A stretch of 64,000 nt of DNA from Nitrosopumilus sp. (lineage in GTDB: Bacteria; Desulfobacterota; Binatia; UBA1149; SPBQ01): the NCBI GenBank assembly GCA_964225545.1, contig CAXQPB010000037.1, positions 1,989 to 65,988 of the forward strand, in the 5' to 3' direction. Made by a program: the position numbers and the translations under genes. Below are positions 27,842 through 37,580 of this stretch, in pieces. Within the stretch, counting starts at the first letter, position 1. The number at the start of each line of letters is the position of its first letter. Under the pieces are notes generated by a model, which was given only the letters and a program-made list of their open reading frames with translations, had not been told where the DNA came from and did no database searches.

Positions 27842-30801
27842 CGCACGATCAGCGGGACGCCGTCATTGGAAGCCCCCATCCATGTCAGCCGAAGAGCGTC
27901 GAGACGCAGGCGCGACTCTGCGACGTAACCGAGGAGCCCTTCGAGCTCGGACTCGACCGATTCAATCTCTTCCGGCCGAATCGCGTCATTGACGAGAGCC
28001 AGAGAGCGAAGACGCTCCAGCTCCGCGCCAAGCGCGCCCTCGAGCGCAGACCGCGCCGAGCAGCGCAAAGATTCAGCCCGCTCCGCCCCGAGGGCTTCAC
28101 AACGATCGATCATCTTTGCCAGCACCGGGCGCAAGGCCGCCTGCTGTCCGGTGAGCCAACTCGCAGCGCCGCGCCGGAGTCGGCCTTCCGTCGCCGAGTC
28201 CAGCTCATCGCTACAATCCGCGAGCGTCGAATCGGTAGCGACGACTACGGGCGTTGGCGGCAGGAAACGGTCCACGTGCAGGTAGCCGGGCGCGATCGAT
28301 TCGAGGATGAAAACAGCTTCCAGTTGTAAAGCCGGAGTCTTGCCTCGCGTCTGACCGGAACGCTCGACCACTGCGAACGAAGCATTCCCCGCTTCGGATG
28401 CGAGCAGAAGCTCCATGGCATCGCCGAGCAGCGGGTGGTCCGCCGTTACGAACCCCATGTCTTCGCGCACCAGCGCCGTCGCACGATCGAAGGTCAGGGC
28501 TGAGCGACCCTCGGCGACGGCCGGAAGCTCACTGCCCTGCATGGCGTTGCTGTCGAGCCTGTAGGTGCGCGGCTCGATCTCCTCGGCGTAGACCCGGAAG
28601 TGCTCGAGCAGCCGCACGAACAGCTCCTCGAGCGGGCGATCTTCATCTCCACCGGTGACCTTCGCGATCAGCTCCCCGGCGACCTCATGCCGCAGCGAGG
28701 CCATTTCGAGCAGGCGATCGCGACCGCTCTCGACACGAAGACCGAGTTCGTCGCGCATTGCCGAAGTCTCCTCGATCAATTCGGAAACGGCGTCGTCCTC
28801 GTCCGCCGACGAGGACGCGGCAACAGCGACCAGACGGCTCCCGAAGTGCGAAATCAGTGCCTGGCCGACTGTCGAGCCGCGCTCGAAGGAACGGGCGCCG
28901 TCTCGTTGCCAGCGAGCGACCGATTCGAGCGCAGAGCCACGATGCGATGGAACGGCGATATGCACCGTTCCGCGTTGGCCGATCCGATCGAGCCTTCCGA
29001 TCCGCTGTTCGATCAGATCCGGATCGAGCGGGACGTCGAACATCACCAGGTGCCGCGCATGCTGGAAATTCCGACCCTCGCTGCCGATCTCCGAGCAGAC
29101 CAGAAGACGTGCGCCCTCCGGCGAGGCGAACCAGGCAGCGTTCCGGTCACGCTGCACGAGAGTGAGATCTTCATGGAACAACGCGATGTCGACGTTGATT
29201 CGATCCTCGATTGCGGCCTTTATCGCCACTGCCTTTGCCGCGCTGGCACAGATGACCAACAGCTTTGTCGAAGACTCTTCCTGCCGGAGTCGCTCGACCA
29301 GCCACGCGATGCGCTCGTCGTATGCATCGATCTCCGGCCGCGTCGAGCTATCGTCCGACAAGCGCAGCGATTGTCGCCACGCAGGCGCCTGTGTTTCGAC
29401 CATTCGATCGAACTCCTGACGCAGACATGCGTCGAGATCCGAGTCCGGGGCCGGCGTCGGCAGTGACGGGAACGCCCCTTCGCGATCCGGCATCTCCGGC
29501 AGAACGGCGCGGGTGTTTCGAAACATCACCCGTCCCGGGCCGTGCCGATCGATCAGAGCTGCCAGGAGGCCGCGGCGCCCCTCGTCGTCACGGGCTCGCG
29601 CCCTGACCGTATCTGTATCGAGGTCGAGCGCCGCGGCGAGCGCAGCGAAGTCTGAGTCGGTCGTCTTCCCTGCCGGATCCGACAGGCGCTCCGCAACCGC
29701 CGCGGTATCTCTGTACCCTTCGGCTTCTTCACGCCACGCCTCGAGGGACGAGTAGCGGTCGGGGTCGAGAAGCCTGAGCCGCGCGAAGTGACCCTCCTCA
29801 CCGAGTTGTTCCGGCGTCGCAGTCAGCAGCAGCAACCCCTCGCTCGCCTGGCAGATCTGCTCGACGGCTTCGTATTCCGGACTCGGGGAATCGGGTGACC
29901 ACGCGAGATGGTGGGCCTCATCGACAACCACGATGTCCCAGCCGGCATCGGCCGCCTGCGCAGCGCGCACGGGATCCTGCGCGACAAGCTCGATCGGCGC
30001 CAGCACACACTGCTCCGACAGAAAAGGGTTCTCCACGTCCGCGAAGTCTTCGACCGGATCGTCCCCCTGCTGCTGTGACCCCGGGCCTTCCACGGCTTCA
30101 CACCTCTCCTCATCGAAGATCGCGAACGAGAGATTGAAGCGCCTGTGAAGCTCCACCAGCCACTGATGGATGAGTGAGCCGGGAACGAGAATGAGCACCC
30201 GCGACGCGCGCCCCGTGAGAAGCAACCGGTTGATCGTCAGGCAAGCCTCGATCGTCTTGCCAAGCCCCGTCTCGTCCGCCAGCAGAACACGCGGTGCACG
30301 CCGCGCCGCCGCCTCTGCCGCGACGTAGTATTGATGCGGCAGCAGCTCGATGCGTGCACCGCACAGTCCGCGCACCTGCGAGCGCCGCACCTGATGAAGC
30401 CGACGCGCCGTCTCCACCCGCAAAGCGAAATCCGCCGGCGGGTCGACGCGGCCGGCGGTCAGTCGCTCCCGCGCACCACCCAGCGCGACATCGGGTGCGA
30501 CTCGCGTCTCCGCGACATCACGGCCCTGACAGTGATAGACAAACAGCCCTTCCCGCTCTGAAACCTCGTCGACCTGCAGCCGACTGCCGTCTTCTGTCGC
30601 GATTCGGTCGCCGGGTGCGAATCGAACGCGTCGCAGCGGCGCCGAACGCACCGCGTACCGACGGGTAACGTCCGCCGCGGCGAAATCGACGGTCATACTC
30701 CGACCGTCATCGCCGATCTCGACGACCATACCCAGCCCGAGTTCCGGCTCTGCGTCGCTGGTCCAGCGTTGCCCGATCGCGATCAATGACGTCCTGTCCA
30801 C
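27835..30801 (-). CDS. rapA: RNA polymerase-associated SNF2-family ATPase RapA (HepA).
   Basis: N-terminus (IAIGQRWTSDAEPELGLGMVVEI...) matches RapA's N-terminal domain. DEAH-box helicase motifs (LLADETGLGKTIEA...DEAHH) and a length of about 988 aa. Confidence 0.85.
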   Translation of the reverse strand: MDRTSLIAIGQRWTSDAEPELGLGMVVEIGDDGRSMTVDFAAADVTRRYAVRSAPLRRVRFAPGDRIATEDGSRLQVDEVSEREGLFVYHCQGRDVAETRVAPDVALGGARERLTAGRVDPPADFALRVETARRLHQVRRSQVRGLCGARIELLPHQYYVAAEAAARRAPRVLLADETGLGKTIEACLTINRLLLTGRASRVLILVPGSLIHQWLVELHRRFNLSFAIFDEERCEAVEGPGSQQQGDDPVEDFADVENPFLSEQCVLAPIELVAQDPVRAAQAADAGWDIVVVDEAHHLAWSPDSPSPEYEAVEQICQASEGLLLLTATPEQLGEEGHFARLRLLDPDRYSSLEAWREEAEGYRDTAAVAERLSDPAGKTTDSDFAALAAALDLDTDTVRARARDDEGRRGLLAALIDRHGPGRVMFRNTRAVLPEMPDREGAFPSLPTPAPDSDLDACLRQEFDRMVETQAPAWRQSLRLSDDSSTRPEIDAYDERIAWLVERLRQEESSTKLLVICASAAKAVAIKAAIEDRINVDIALFHEDLTLVQRDRNAAWFASPEGARLLVCSEIGSEGRNFQHARHLVMFDVPLDPDLIEQRIGRLDRIGQRGTVHIAVPSHRGSALESVARWQRDGARSFERGSTVGQALISHFGSRLVAVAASSSADEDDAVSELIEETSAMRDELGLRVESGRDRLLEMASLRHEVAGELIAKVTGGDEDRPLEELFVRLLEHFRVYAEEIEPRTYRLDSNAMQGSELPAVAEGRSALTFDRATALVREDMGFVTADHPLLGDAMELLLASEAGNASFAVVERSGQTRGKTPALQLEAVFILESIAPGYLHVDRFLPPTPVVVATDSTLADCSDELDSATEGRLRRGAASWLTGQQAALRPVLAKMIDRCEALGAERAESLRCSARSALEGALGAELERLRSLALVNDAIRPEEIESVESELEGLLGYVAESRLRLDALRLTWMGASNDGVPLIVRQ

Positions 30802-30823
30802 ACCACCTCCACCGGAAATCCGA

Positions 30824-32032
30824 TCAAGCCGACATATGCGAAATCAGCTTCTCGCACTGCGCCTGGTTCATGTAGCGAGGCACGGGGTAGTTCAGATACG
30901 CCTCGCCAAGTGCCTGCTTTGCAATCGGTTCAATGTCGCGCGGACGCAGTTCGGCGAGGGTGGAAGGAATTCCGATCTTCCCCATCAACTCACGAACGGC
31001 CGTGATGAAGGCGTCTGCCCGCGCGGCCTCGTCGCGCGATCCGCCCGCATCGAGGCCAACCGCATCCGCGAGCTCGGCCAGACTGCGCCGCGCCGGCTCT
31101 TTGGAAAACTCGAGGACATGCGGGAGTACGATCGCATTGGCCATGCCGTGCGGTGTTCTGTAGTACGCGCCGAACGTGTGGGCGATGGCGTGAACATACC
31201 CCACACCGGTACGCGTGAAGGCGAGACCTGCGTAATAAGCAGCGAGCGCCATCGACCGACGTGCTTCGACATTCGAACCGTCTGAATACGCCACGGGGAG
31301 ATTCTCGAATACGAGCCTCGCTGCTGTCACTGCGTATGCACGCGTCTGCTCGTTCGCAGTTCGCGCCAGGTACGACTCGACCGCGTGGGTGAGCGCATCC
31401 ATGCCCGTCGCCGCTGTGATGTGAGGGGGCAGACCCGTCATGAGCACCGGGTCGAGCGCGGTCATCGACGGGATCAGCTTGGGGTCGACGAAGAATTTCT
31501 TGGTGTGGGTGGAAGACTCAGAGACGACCGCTGCGAGCGTCACCTCGGAGCCGGTCCCGGCCGTGGTGGGAATGGCGAACAGCGGCGCCGGGAGCCTGCG
31601 CACCTTCATCCATCCTTCCAGCTTTGACGCCGGCTTCGGGTTGGTCGCCGCGGCAGCAATCACTTTCGCGGCGTCCATCGGCGATCCTCCGCCCACGGCC
31701 ACGATCCCATCACACCCCTCGCTTCGGTATGCGGACAAACCGGCCTCGACCTGATCGAATGTCGGATCCGGCTCAACGCCATCGTAGATCGCGGACTTCA
31801 CGCCGGCAGCCTCGAGATGGTCTGCGATCTTTCCGACGATCCCGATCTCGACCAGTCCACGGTCGGTCACGATGAGCAGCTTTTTCGAACCCGACTGCCC
31901 GATCGAGTTGCACAGATCGCGCGATGCATCGGGCCCGATGAAGGTCACCGGCACCTTGTCGGGCATCAGCCGCATGAGCGGCTTCGTGAGGGCAATGACA
32001 ATTTCATGAAGAATACGTTTGATCTCGGCCAT
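30824..32032 (-). CDS. Iron-containing (group III) alcohol dehydrogenase.
   Basis: GGGSPMDAAK NAD-binding motif and the Fe-ADH His cluster. Confidence 0.85.
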   Translation of the reverse strand: MAEIKRILHEIVIALTKPLMRLMPDKVPVTFIGPDASRDLCNSIGQSGSKKLLIVTDRGLVEIGIVGKIADHLEAAGVKSAIYDGVEPDPTFDQVEAGLSAYRSEGCDGIVAVGGGSPMDAAKVIAAAATNPKPASKLEGWMKVRRLPAPLFAIPTTAGTGSEVTLAAVVSESSTHTKKFFVDPKLIPSMTALDPVLMTGLPPHITAATGMDALTHAVESYLARTANEQTRAYAVTAARLVFENLPVAYSDGSNVEARRSMALAAYYAGLAFTRTGVGYVHAIAHTFGAYYRTPHGMANAIVLPHVLEFSKEPARRSLAELADAVGLDAGGSRDEAARADAFITAVRELMGKIGIPSTLAELRPRDIEPIAKQALGEAYLNYPVPRYMNQAQCEKLISHMSA

Positions 32033-32330
32033 GGGCGCGAAAACCTCCTGAACTGCCTCCGAGTCTTCCGGTGAACGCCGTTCGCGACGCTCGGGGCACT
32101 CGGACAGCCGTTCTTTATACCTGCAATACCGTCTCTCGCCACGCCCGGGTCGAACCGGATCGAACCCGGTCAGGGACTTCGAAGTTCACGCAGCCGGGAT
32201 GCCGACCGTGACCTTTGACAGGGTTCCGGCAGCGACCGACAACGGGGGTGGATGGACTGCCGTAATCGCGCGGCGCGGGCTCCGGACCCGGCTCCGGCAT
32301 CGGATTGAAAACCAGACAGGAAAGAAGCGG

Positions 32331-32708
32331 ATGATCGGCTACACCACCATCGGAACCAGCGACCTCGGGCGGGCGACCGCCTTCTATGATGCCCTCCTCG
32401 CAGAGGTCGGCTCCAAGCAACTATTCAACGCCGAGCGAATCTTTTTCTACGGAACCTCGCTCGAGGGCGGCGGAATGCTCGCAGTCTGCACGCCCTACGA
32501 TGAAAAAGATCCGGCACCGGGCAACGGCAACATGGTCGCGATCCCCGGGGGCTCACCCGAGGGAGTCGACCGGTTGTACGCGCGTGCGATCGAGCTGGGG
32601 GCTACCGATGAGGGTGAACCCGGCGAGCGCCTGCCGATCTTTTACGGCGCTTACGTAAGGGATCTCGACGGCAACAAGCTCTGTTTCTTCCACATGTCGC
32701 TCGGCTGA
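32331..32708 (+). CDS. VOC-family protein (glyoxalase/bleomycin-resistance/dioxygenase fold).
   Basis: 125 aa from ATG 32331 (MIGYTTIGTSDLGRATAFY...), the typical VOC N-terminus. Confidence 0.7.
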   Translation: MIGYTTIGTSDLGRATAFYDALLAEVGSKQLFNAERIFFYGTSLEGGGMLAVCTPYDEKDPAPGNGNMVAIPGGSPEGVDRLYARAIELGATDEGEPGERLPIFYGAYVRDLDGNKLCFFHMSLG

Positions 32709-32751
32709 TACCCGGCTGCGGCGCGCAAGCGATCCGCCTGGCACATCGGGG

Positions 32752-33804
32752 TCAGGCCGGATCGCTCCGCGTCGGCGTCACCGCGTCCATCGAATAGCGC
32801 GGCGTACCTTCCTCGAAAAGTTTGAAGAAGTCCTCACCGAACGGGTCGACCCCGAGCATCGGCATGGACCCGCGGCGAATGGTCCAGTCCCGAGGCGAGA
32901 GCTTTCCAGCTGTCTCGAAGTGTCGGGCAGCGGCCTCCTTGCGCCCGTCTTCGTAGAGAAACCAGGCCAGCGCCCGCTCGGCTCTGGACAGCTGTGATTC
33001 GTCGGACGGACCCGGCTGGTGCTCACGAACCGCACCGGCCTCCATCGCTCCCTTTCCGGTCTTGACCCATTCGCGAATCATATCGAGATACGGCGCGGAC
33101 CGCTTGCCGTGGAATTCCGTGAAAATGTCGGTCCCGTACTGGGCGTCATGCGGCCGACAGATCACGCCTTCCTCGTTGATCCAGATCATCGTCGGAACGT
33201 TGGAGATGTTGTAGAGCTCCGCGACGACGTGACCGGTGTCGACGACACTGGGATGCGTCGAACCGGCCCGTTCGATAAACGGCCGGATGTCATCAGCGCT
33301 CCGATCCAGAGCGACCGTGAACGGGACAAAACCCTGATCGCCGAGCTCCTCGTAAAGTGCCTGCCAGACCGGCAGGTCCTCACGGCATCCTCACCAGGAC
33401 GCGTGGGCGATGAGCAGTACTTTTTTGCCTCGGTGCTGCGACAGGCTGTGAAGATTCCCGTCGAGATCGGGCAGGGAAAAATCCGGCGCCTCCAGGGACT
33501 CCATCTGCGCAGCGCGCGCGGCGCGGGGTGTGCCGATTGCAGCAGCTCTCTCGGCGACGTCGAGCGCCAGGGGGCGGTCGAGAAGGTCGGCCAGGCCCCG
33601 AAGGTCGACCTCGCCATCGACAACGAGACGAGACGGGTCCGAGACTCGGACGCAGACTTCGCCGCGACACAAGCCTTCGGGCTTGAGCTCCCATCCGATA
33701 CCCGAGTTCAGGGCATCCGGCGCGATCCGCACAGCCCCGTCGCGGATCTCCACCGGAAGCTCAATCCGTTTTTCTCCGTCGATCAAAAGGACGGGACGGT
33801 TCAT
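32752..33804 (-). CDS. Candidate selenoprotein: TlpA/ResA-like thioredoxin-fold thiol:disulfide oxidoreductase with an in-frame UGA (33391-33393) at the first redox-active position (..LLIAHASW-U-GCREDLP..). It has an N-terminal extra domain and a C-terminal extension.
   Basis: Track ORFs 33391..33804 and 32752..33189 are in the same frame, separated only by one TGA. I translated the intervening 67 codons myself and they are open. The alignment to the WCxPC redoxin motif puts the TGA exactly where the first Cys would be. A SECIS-like hairpin follows. Confidence 0.6.
33357..33383 (-). promoter_or_regulatory. SECIS-like stem-loop 8-14 nt downstream of the in-frame UGA: GUG-AGGA-CCUGCC-GGUCU-GGCAGG-CAC (mRNA sense).
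   Basis: Perfect 6 bp upper stem plus a 3 bp lower stem. The apical loop GGUCU resembles the GGUC loop of the E. coli fdhF SECIS. Position relative to the UGA is appropriate for bacterial SelB recognition. Confidence 0.45.
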
Positions 33805-34084
33805 GGCAATTGACCTCCAACCCCCCTTTTACGCCTCTGCTCGGCTGAAGGAAAAAACGCCGGATCAGGCAGCATTCCCGGCCGTGATCAGCGTCCGTTA
33901 TGCGTGCCGCGTCGGCGCCTTATGCAACGGCTCGCGAAAACTCCGAATCGGCAAGAAGGACCCGCCCGACCCGAAACATTGCCTTCCAAACCGGGGAGAA
34001 TTTGAGATACTGTCCGGAAAACCGAGCGCCTGCTCATGATATTCCGCTGACTATCGTCAGAGAACACCGGAGATTGTTGAATCG

Positions 34085-37000
34085 ATGCGCCTGAAAAACG
34101 CCCTTGCTGCCGTCAGCCTGGCTGCCGTTGTGCCGACTGCAGCTCATGCCCAGCCGTCTTACGTGAATTTCGAGTCCGGCTCCGTTCGCCCGATGGCACT
34201 CAGCCCGGACGGCACGCGGTTGTTCGCCGCGAACACACCGGACAACCGCATCGAAGTATTCGATGTCCATGCCGGTGGCATCACTCACACGGAGTCGATC
34301 CCGGTAGGAATGGACCCGGTAGCGATTGCGGCGCGCAGTAACTCCGAGATCTGGGTCGTCAACCATTTGTCCGACAGCGTATCGATCGTCGACGTGTCGG
34401 CGATTCCCGGTCGGGTCGTGACCACGCTTCTCGTCGGCGATGAACCGCGCGATATCGTCTTTGCCGGCACCGGAGGAAACAGGGCCTTCATTACCACAGC
34501 CCACCGCGGACAGCAGCGAACCAATCCCGCGATCGCCGGCGTTCCCGGAGCGGGTGATCCCCAGTTCACAGCTCCGGGAGTCGGCCGGGCGGACGTATGG
34601 GTGTTCGATGCGAACAACCTCGGATCTGCCATCGGCGGAACGCCGCTGGAAATCGTCAGCTTCTTCGCGGACACACCGCGCGGGCTCGCGAAGAAGGCGG
34701 ATGGATCAACCGTCTACGTCTGCGGGTTCAACACGGGAAACCAGACCACGATCGTCAACGAAGGCACGGTATGCGACGGCTTCCAGTCGTCAGGCGGATG
34801 CTCCGGAGACGGGATTTCGATGCCCGGCGGATTGCCGGGAGGTCAGATGCCCGGCGGTGAGCCGGGACCGAGCGCCAACATTGATGGCGTGGCGGCGCCG
34901 GAGGTCGGACTGATCGTCAAATACGACCGGCAGTCGGGAATATGGACCGATGAGCTCTCGCGGAACTGGAATAACGCCGTCCGGTTCAACCTGCCCGACG
35001 AAGACTGCTTCGCCCTCGATGCAGCTACGCTCAATCAGACGGCCGTTCACGCTCACATCGGCACGACGCTCTTCAACGCAGCGGTCCACCCGGTGACCGG
35101 TGATCTCTACGTCTCGAACCAGGAGGCGATCAACGAGGTCCGATTCGAAGGCCCGGGGACCATGACGGGCTCGACCGTCCAGGGCCGGCTGGCCGAGGCT
35201 CGTGTGACAATCATCGAGGATCCCGACACGACCGATCCAAGCGGAGCGAATGTACTCGCACGACACCTGAACAAGCACATCAATTACGCGGTTCTCGCTT
35301 CCGACCCGGGTTTCGACCCGACGGTCCGTGACCACAGCCTCGCAACCCCGCTCGAGATGGTCTTCGACTCGACGGGCACGAAAATCTACATCGCCGCCTT
35401 CGGGTCAGGGAAGGTCGGGGTGCTCGATGCAGCCGCACTCAAGAACGATTCGTTCAACCCGACCACCGCGAGCGCCGACTACATTCAGGTTTCCGGCGGA
35501 GGCCCCGCCGGTCTCATCCTCGACGAGACCAACCAGCAACTCCTCGTCCTGACGCGTTTCGACAACTCGATCTCCGTCGTCGACCTCGGCAGCAACGCAG
35601 AAACGGATCACATCGCGCTGCACAACCCGGAGCCGGCCTCCGTCACCGACGGCAGGCGCTTCCTCTACGATGCCGACTTCACGTCGGCCAACGGCGAGGC
35701 TTCGTGCTCGAGCTGCCACATCTTCGGCGACACGGACCATCTGGCGTGGAACCTCGGCGTCCCCGAGGAACATGTCACCACCAACCCGGTAGGCCCCGGA
35801 GGCATCAAGCTCGGCATCGCAGCGCCGGGAGATACCAATGGTGGCGCAGGCGTCGCCGAGTTCCACCCGATGAAGGGGCCAATGGGAACTCAGACCCTGA
35901 AGGGGCTGTCGACGCATGGCCCGATGCACTGGCGAGGCGATCGCGCCGACGGTGTTTTCGGGAGCGGGACCGGCGAAGAGCTTTCGTTCAATAATTTCAT
36001 CGTCGCATTTCAGGGCCTCGTGGGTCGCGAGTTCGCAATCACGCCGACCGACATGCAGGCATTCACCACTTTCTCGCTCGGAATGATGTTGCCGCCGAAC
36101 CCGGTCCGCGCCCTGGACAATTCGCTCACAGCCGAACAGCAGGGCGGCGCCGATTTCTACCTGGGAACCAGGCTGTCCGATGGTATCCCCGGCTTCGGTT
36201 TCACCTGCAATGGCTGTCACGTGCTCGACAGCTCGCAGGGCTTCTTCGGCACCGATGGCGGCTTCAGCTTCGAGGCCGAGACGCAGATCATGAAGGTCGC
36301 GCATCTGCGCAACCTCTACACTCGAGTCGGCATGTTCGGGATGCCCGACACCGACTTCTTCCGAAGCGGAAACAACGGCGCGCAAGGAGATCAGATCCGC
36401 GGGTTCGGCTTCATCCACGATGCATCGACGGACACGCTTTTCCGGTTCTTCACAGCGGATGTCTTCCAGGAGAACGGAAGCGTGGGCTTCGATGGTCCTC
36501 AGAACGGAGACGACAAACGCCGGCAGATGGAGTCCTTCATGCTGGCTTTCGAGAACGACGTCGCCCCGATTGTCGGCCAGCAGATCACACTCACGAGCAC
36601 CAATGCCGCCACTGTAAATTCCCGAATCGACCTGATGAGCGATCGCTGTCAGACACCCTTCGAATCGGCGACGCTCGGGGGACTGGTCACGGAGTGCGAC
36701 CTCATCGTCAAGGGAGTGTTCGGCGGAGAGGCACGCGGTGCCGTTCTGCAGGGCGGCGTGTTCATCAGCGACCGAGCCGGGGATCCCTCCTTGACCGACG
36801 CACAGATGCGCAGCCTCGCCACGACGCCCGGGCAGGAGATTACCTACACGGCGGTGCCGCCGGGCTCCGGCACGCGCATGGGCATTGATCGCGATCTCGA
36901 TAGCGTTCTGGACGGCGACGACAACTGCCCCGGCACACCGAACGCGGGCCAGGCCGATTCCGACAACAACGGCGTCGGAGATGCCTGCGAGGGCGGCGGA

Positions 37001-37537
37001 GTCACGACAACGACCACCACGTCCACGACCTCGACGACCTCGACGACATCGACAACTTCGACCACTCTGTCCGGAACCCACGGCCCGTTCCCGACTCGGT
37101 CGCTGAAGATTGCCCGGCTGACCAAGCCGGCAGGCCAGCAGAAGCTCACTCTCAAGAGCGAGGACATGGACGGCACCGGCTTGTTCTTCACCCCGCTCAG
37201 CGAGGACCTGACGATTACGCTGTCGCTTCCAAATGGAACCGTTGTGGGTTCCGCGACGATTCCCGCTGGTGATCCGGACTGGAAGGCTTCAGCCTCATCG
37301 TTCCGCTGGAAAGCCAAGGCGGCGCCGCACCCGGAAGGTCTTCGCAGCGCAAGACTGGGCAGCTCCGGACGGCCGTTCGCGTTCAGCACGAAGGCCGGGA
37401 ATATCGACGCTTCGGGGGCTGGATCGGCGGGCGCGGGCGGCTTCGTGATCACGCTGACGATCGGAGATGATGCGTGGTCGGGCCCGACACCCGGATGCCG
37501 GCTCTCCGGGAGTGGAAACACGCTGAAGTGCGGGTGA
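34085..37537 (+). CDS. Large secreted multi-domain protein (1150 aa). N-terminal signal peptide, a YVTN-type beta-propeller repeat region, a di-heme cytochrome c (peroxidase-like) domain with two CxxCH motifs (CSSCH, CNGCH), calcium-binding TSP3-like D-rich repeats, a Thr/Ser-rich linker and a C-terminal domain.
   Basis: Signal peptide MRLKNALAAVSLAAVVPTAAHA. Repeated ...PDG..L(F/Y)..N...(N/S)..V(F/I)D... propeller blades. Two CxxCH motifs about 175 aa apart. DSDNNGVGDACEGGG followed by TTTTTTSTTSTTSTTSTTSTT. Confidence 0.75.
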   Translation: MRLKNALAAVSLAAVVPTAAHAQPSYVNFESGSVRPMALSPDGTRLFAANTPDNRIEVFDVHAGGITHTESIPVGMDPVAIAARSNSEIWVVNHLSDSVSIVDVSAIPGRVVTTLLVGDEPRDIVFAGTGGNRAFITTAHRGQQRTNPAIAGVPGAGDPQFTAPGVGRADVWVFDANNLGSAIGGTPLEIVSFFADTPRGLAKKADGSTVYVCGFNTGNQTTIVNEGTVCDGFQSSGGCSGDGISMPGGLPGGQMPGGEPGPSANIDGVAAPEVGLIVKYDRQSGIWTDELSRNWNNAVRFNLPDEDCFALDAATLNQTAVHAHIGTTLFNAAVHPVTGDLYVSNQEAINEVRFEGPGTMTGSTVQGRLAEARVTIIEDPDTTDPSGANVLARHLNKHINYAVLASDPGFDPTVRDHSLATPLEMVFDSTGTKIYIAAFGSGKVGVLDAAALKNDSFNPTTASADYIQVSGGGPAGLILDETNQQLLVLTRFDNSISVVDLGSNAETDHIALHNPEPASVTDGRRFLYDADFTSANGEASCSSCHIFGDTDHLAWNLGVPEEHVTTNPVGPGGIKLGIAAPGDTNGGAGVAEFHPMKGPMGTQTLKGLSTHGPMHWRGDRADGVFGSGTGEELSFNNFIVAFQGLVGREFAITPTDMQAFTTFSLGMMLPPNPVRALDNSLTAEQQGGADFYLGTRLSDGIPGFGFTCNGCHVLDSSQGFFGTDGGFSFEAETQIMKVAHLRNLYTRVGMFGMPDTDFFRSGNNGAQGDQIRGFGFIHDASTDTLFRFFTADVFQENGSVGFDGPQNGDDKRRQMESFMLAFENDVAPIVGQQITLTSTNAATVNSRIDLMSDRCQTPFESATLGGLVTECDLIVKGVFGGEARGAVLQGGVFISDRAGDPSLTDAQMRSLATTPGQEITYTAVPPGSGTRMGIDRDLDSVLDGDDNCPGTPNAGQADSDNNGVGDACEGGGVTTTTTTSTTSTTSTTSTTSTTLSGTHGPFPTRSLKIARLTKPAGQQKLTLKSEDMDGTGLFFTPLSEDLTITLSLPNGTVVGSATIPAGDPDWKASASSFRWKAKAAPHPEGLRSARLGSSGRPFAFSTKAGNIDASGAGSAGAGGFVITLTIGDDAWSGPTPGCRLSGSGNTLKCG
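37003..37068 (+). repeat. Tandem 9 nt (acgacctcg-type) repeats encoding the poly-Thr/Ser linker of the large secreted protein.
   Basis: Seen directly. Confidence 0.7.
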
Positions 37538-37580
37538 CCGCAGGTCCCTTTCGCGACGAACGGGCGCCGCTGGCCGGCGC

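Noticed and set aside
27835-30801. SNF2 helicase as a defence-island helicase (DISARM/BREX-like).
   Set aside because: The N-terminal domain matches RapA (IGQRW.SD.E.ELGLG). RapA is a housekeeping RNAP-recycling factor, and no methyltransferase or other defence partners lie nearby.
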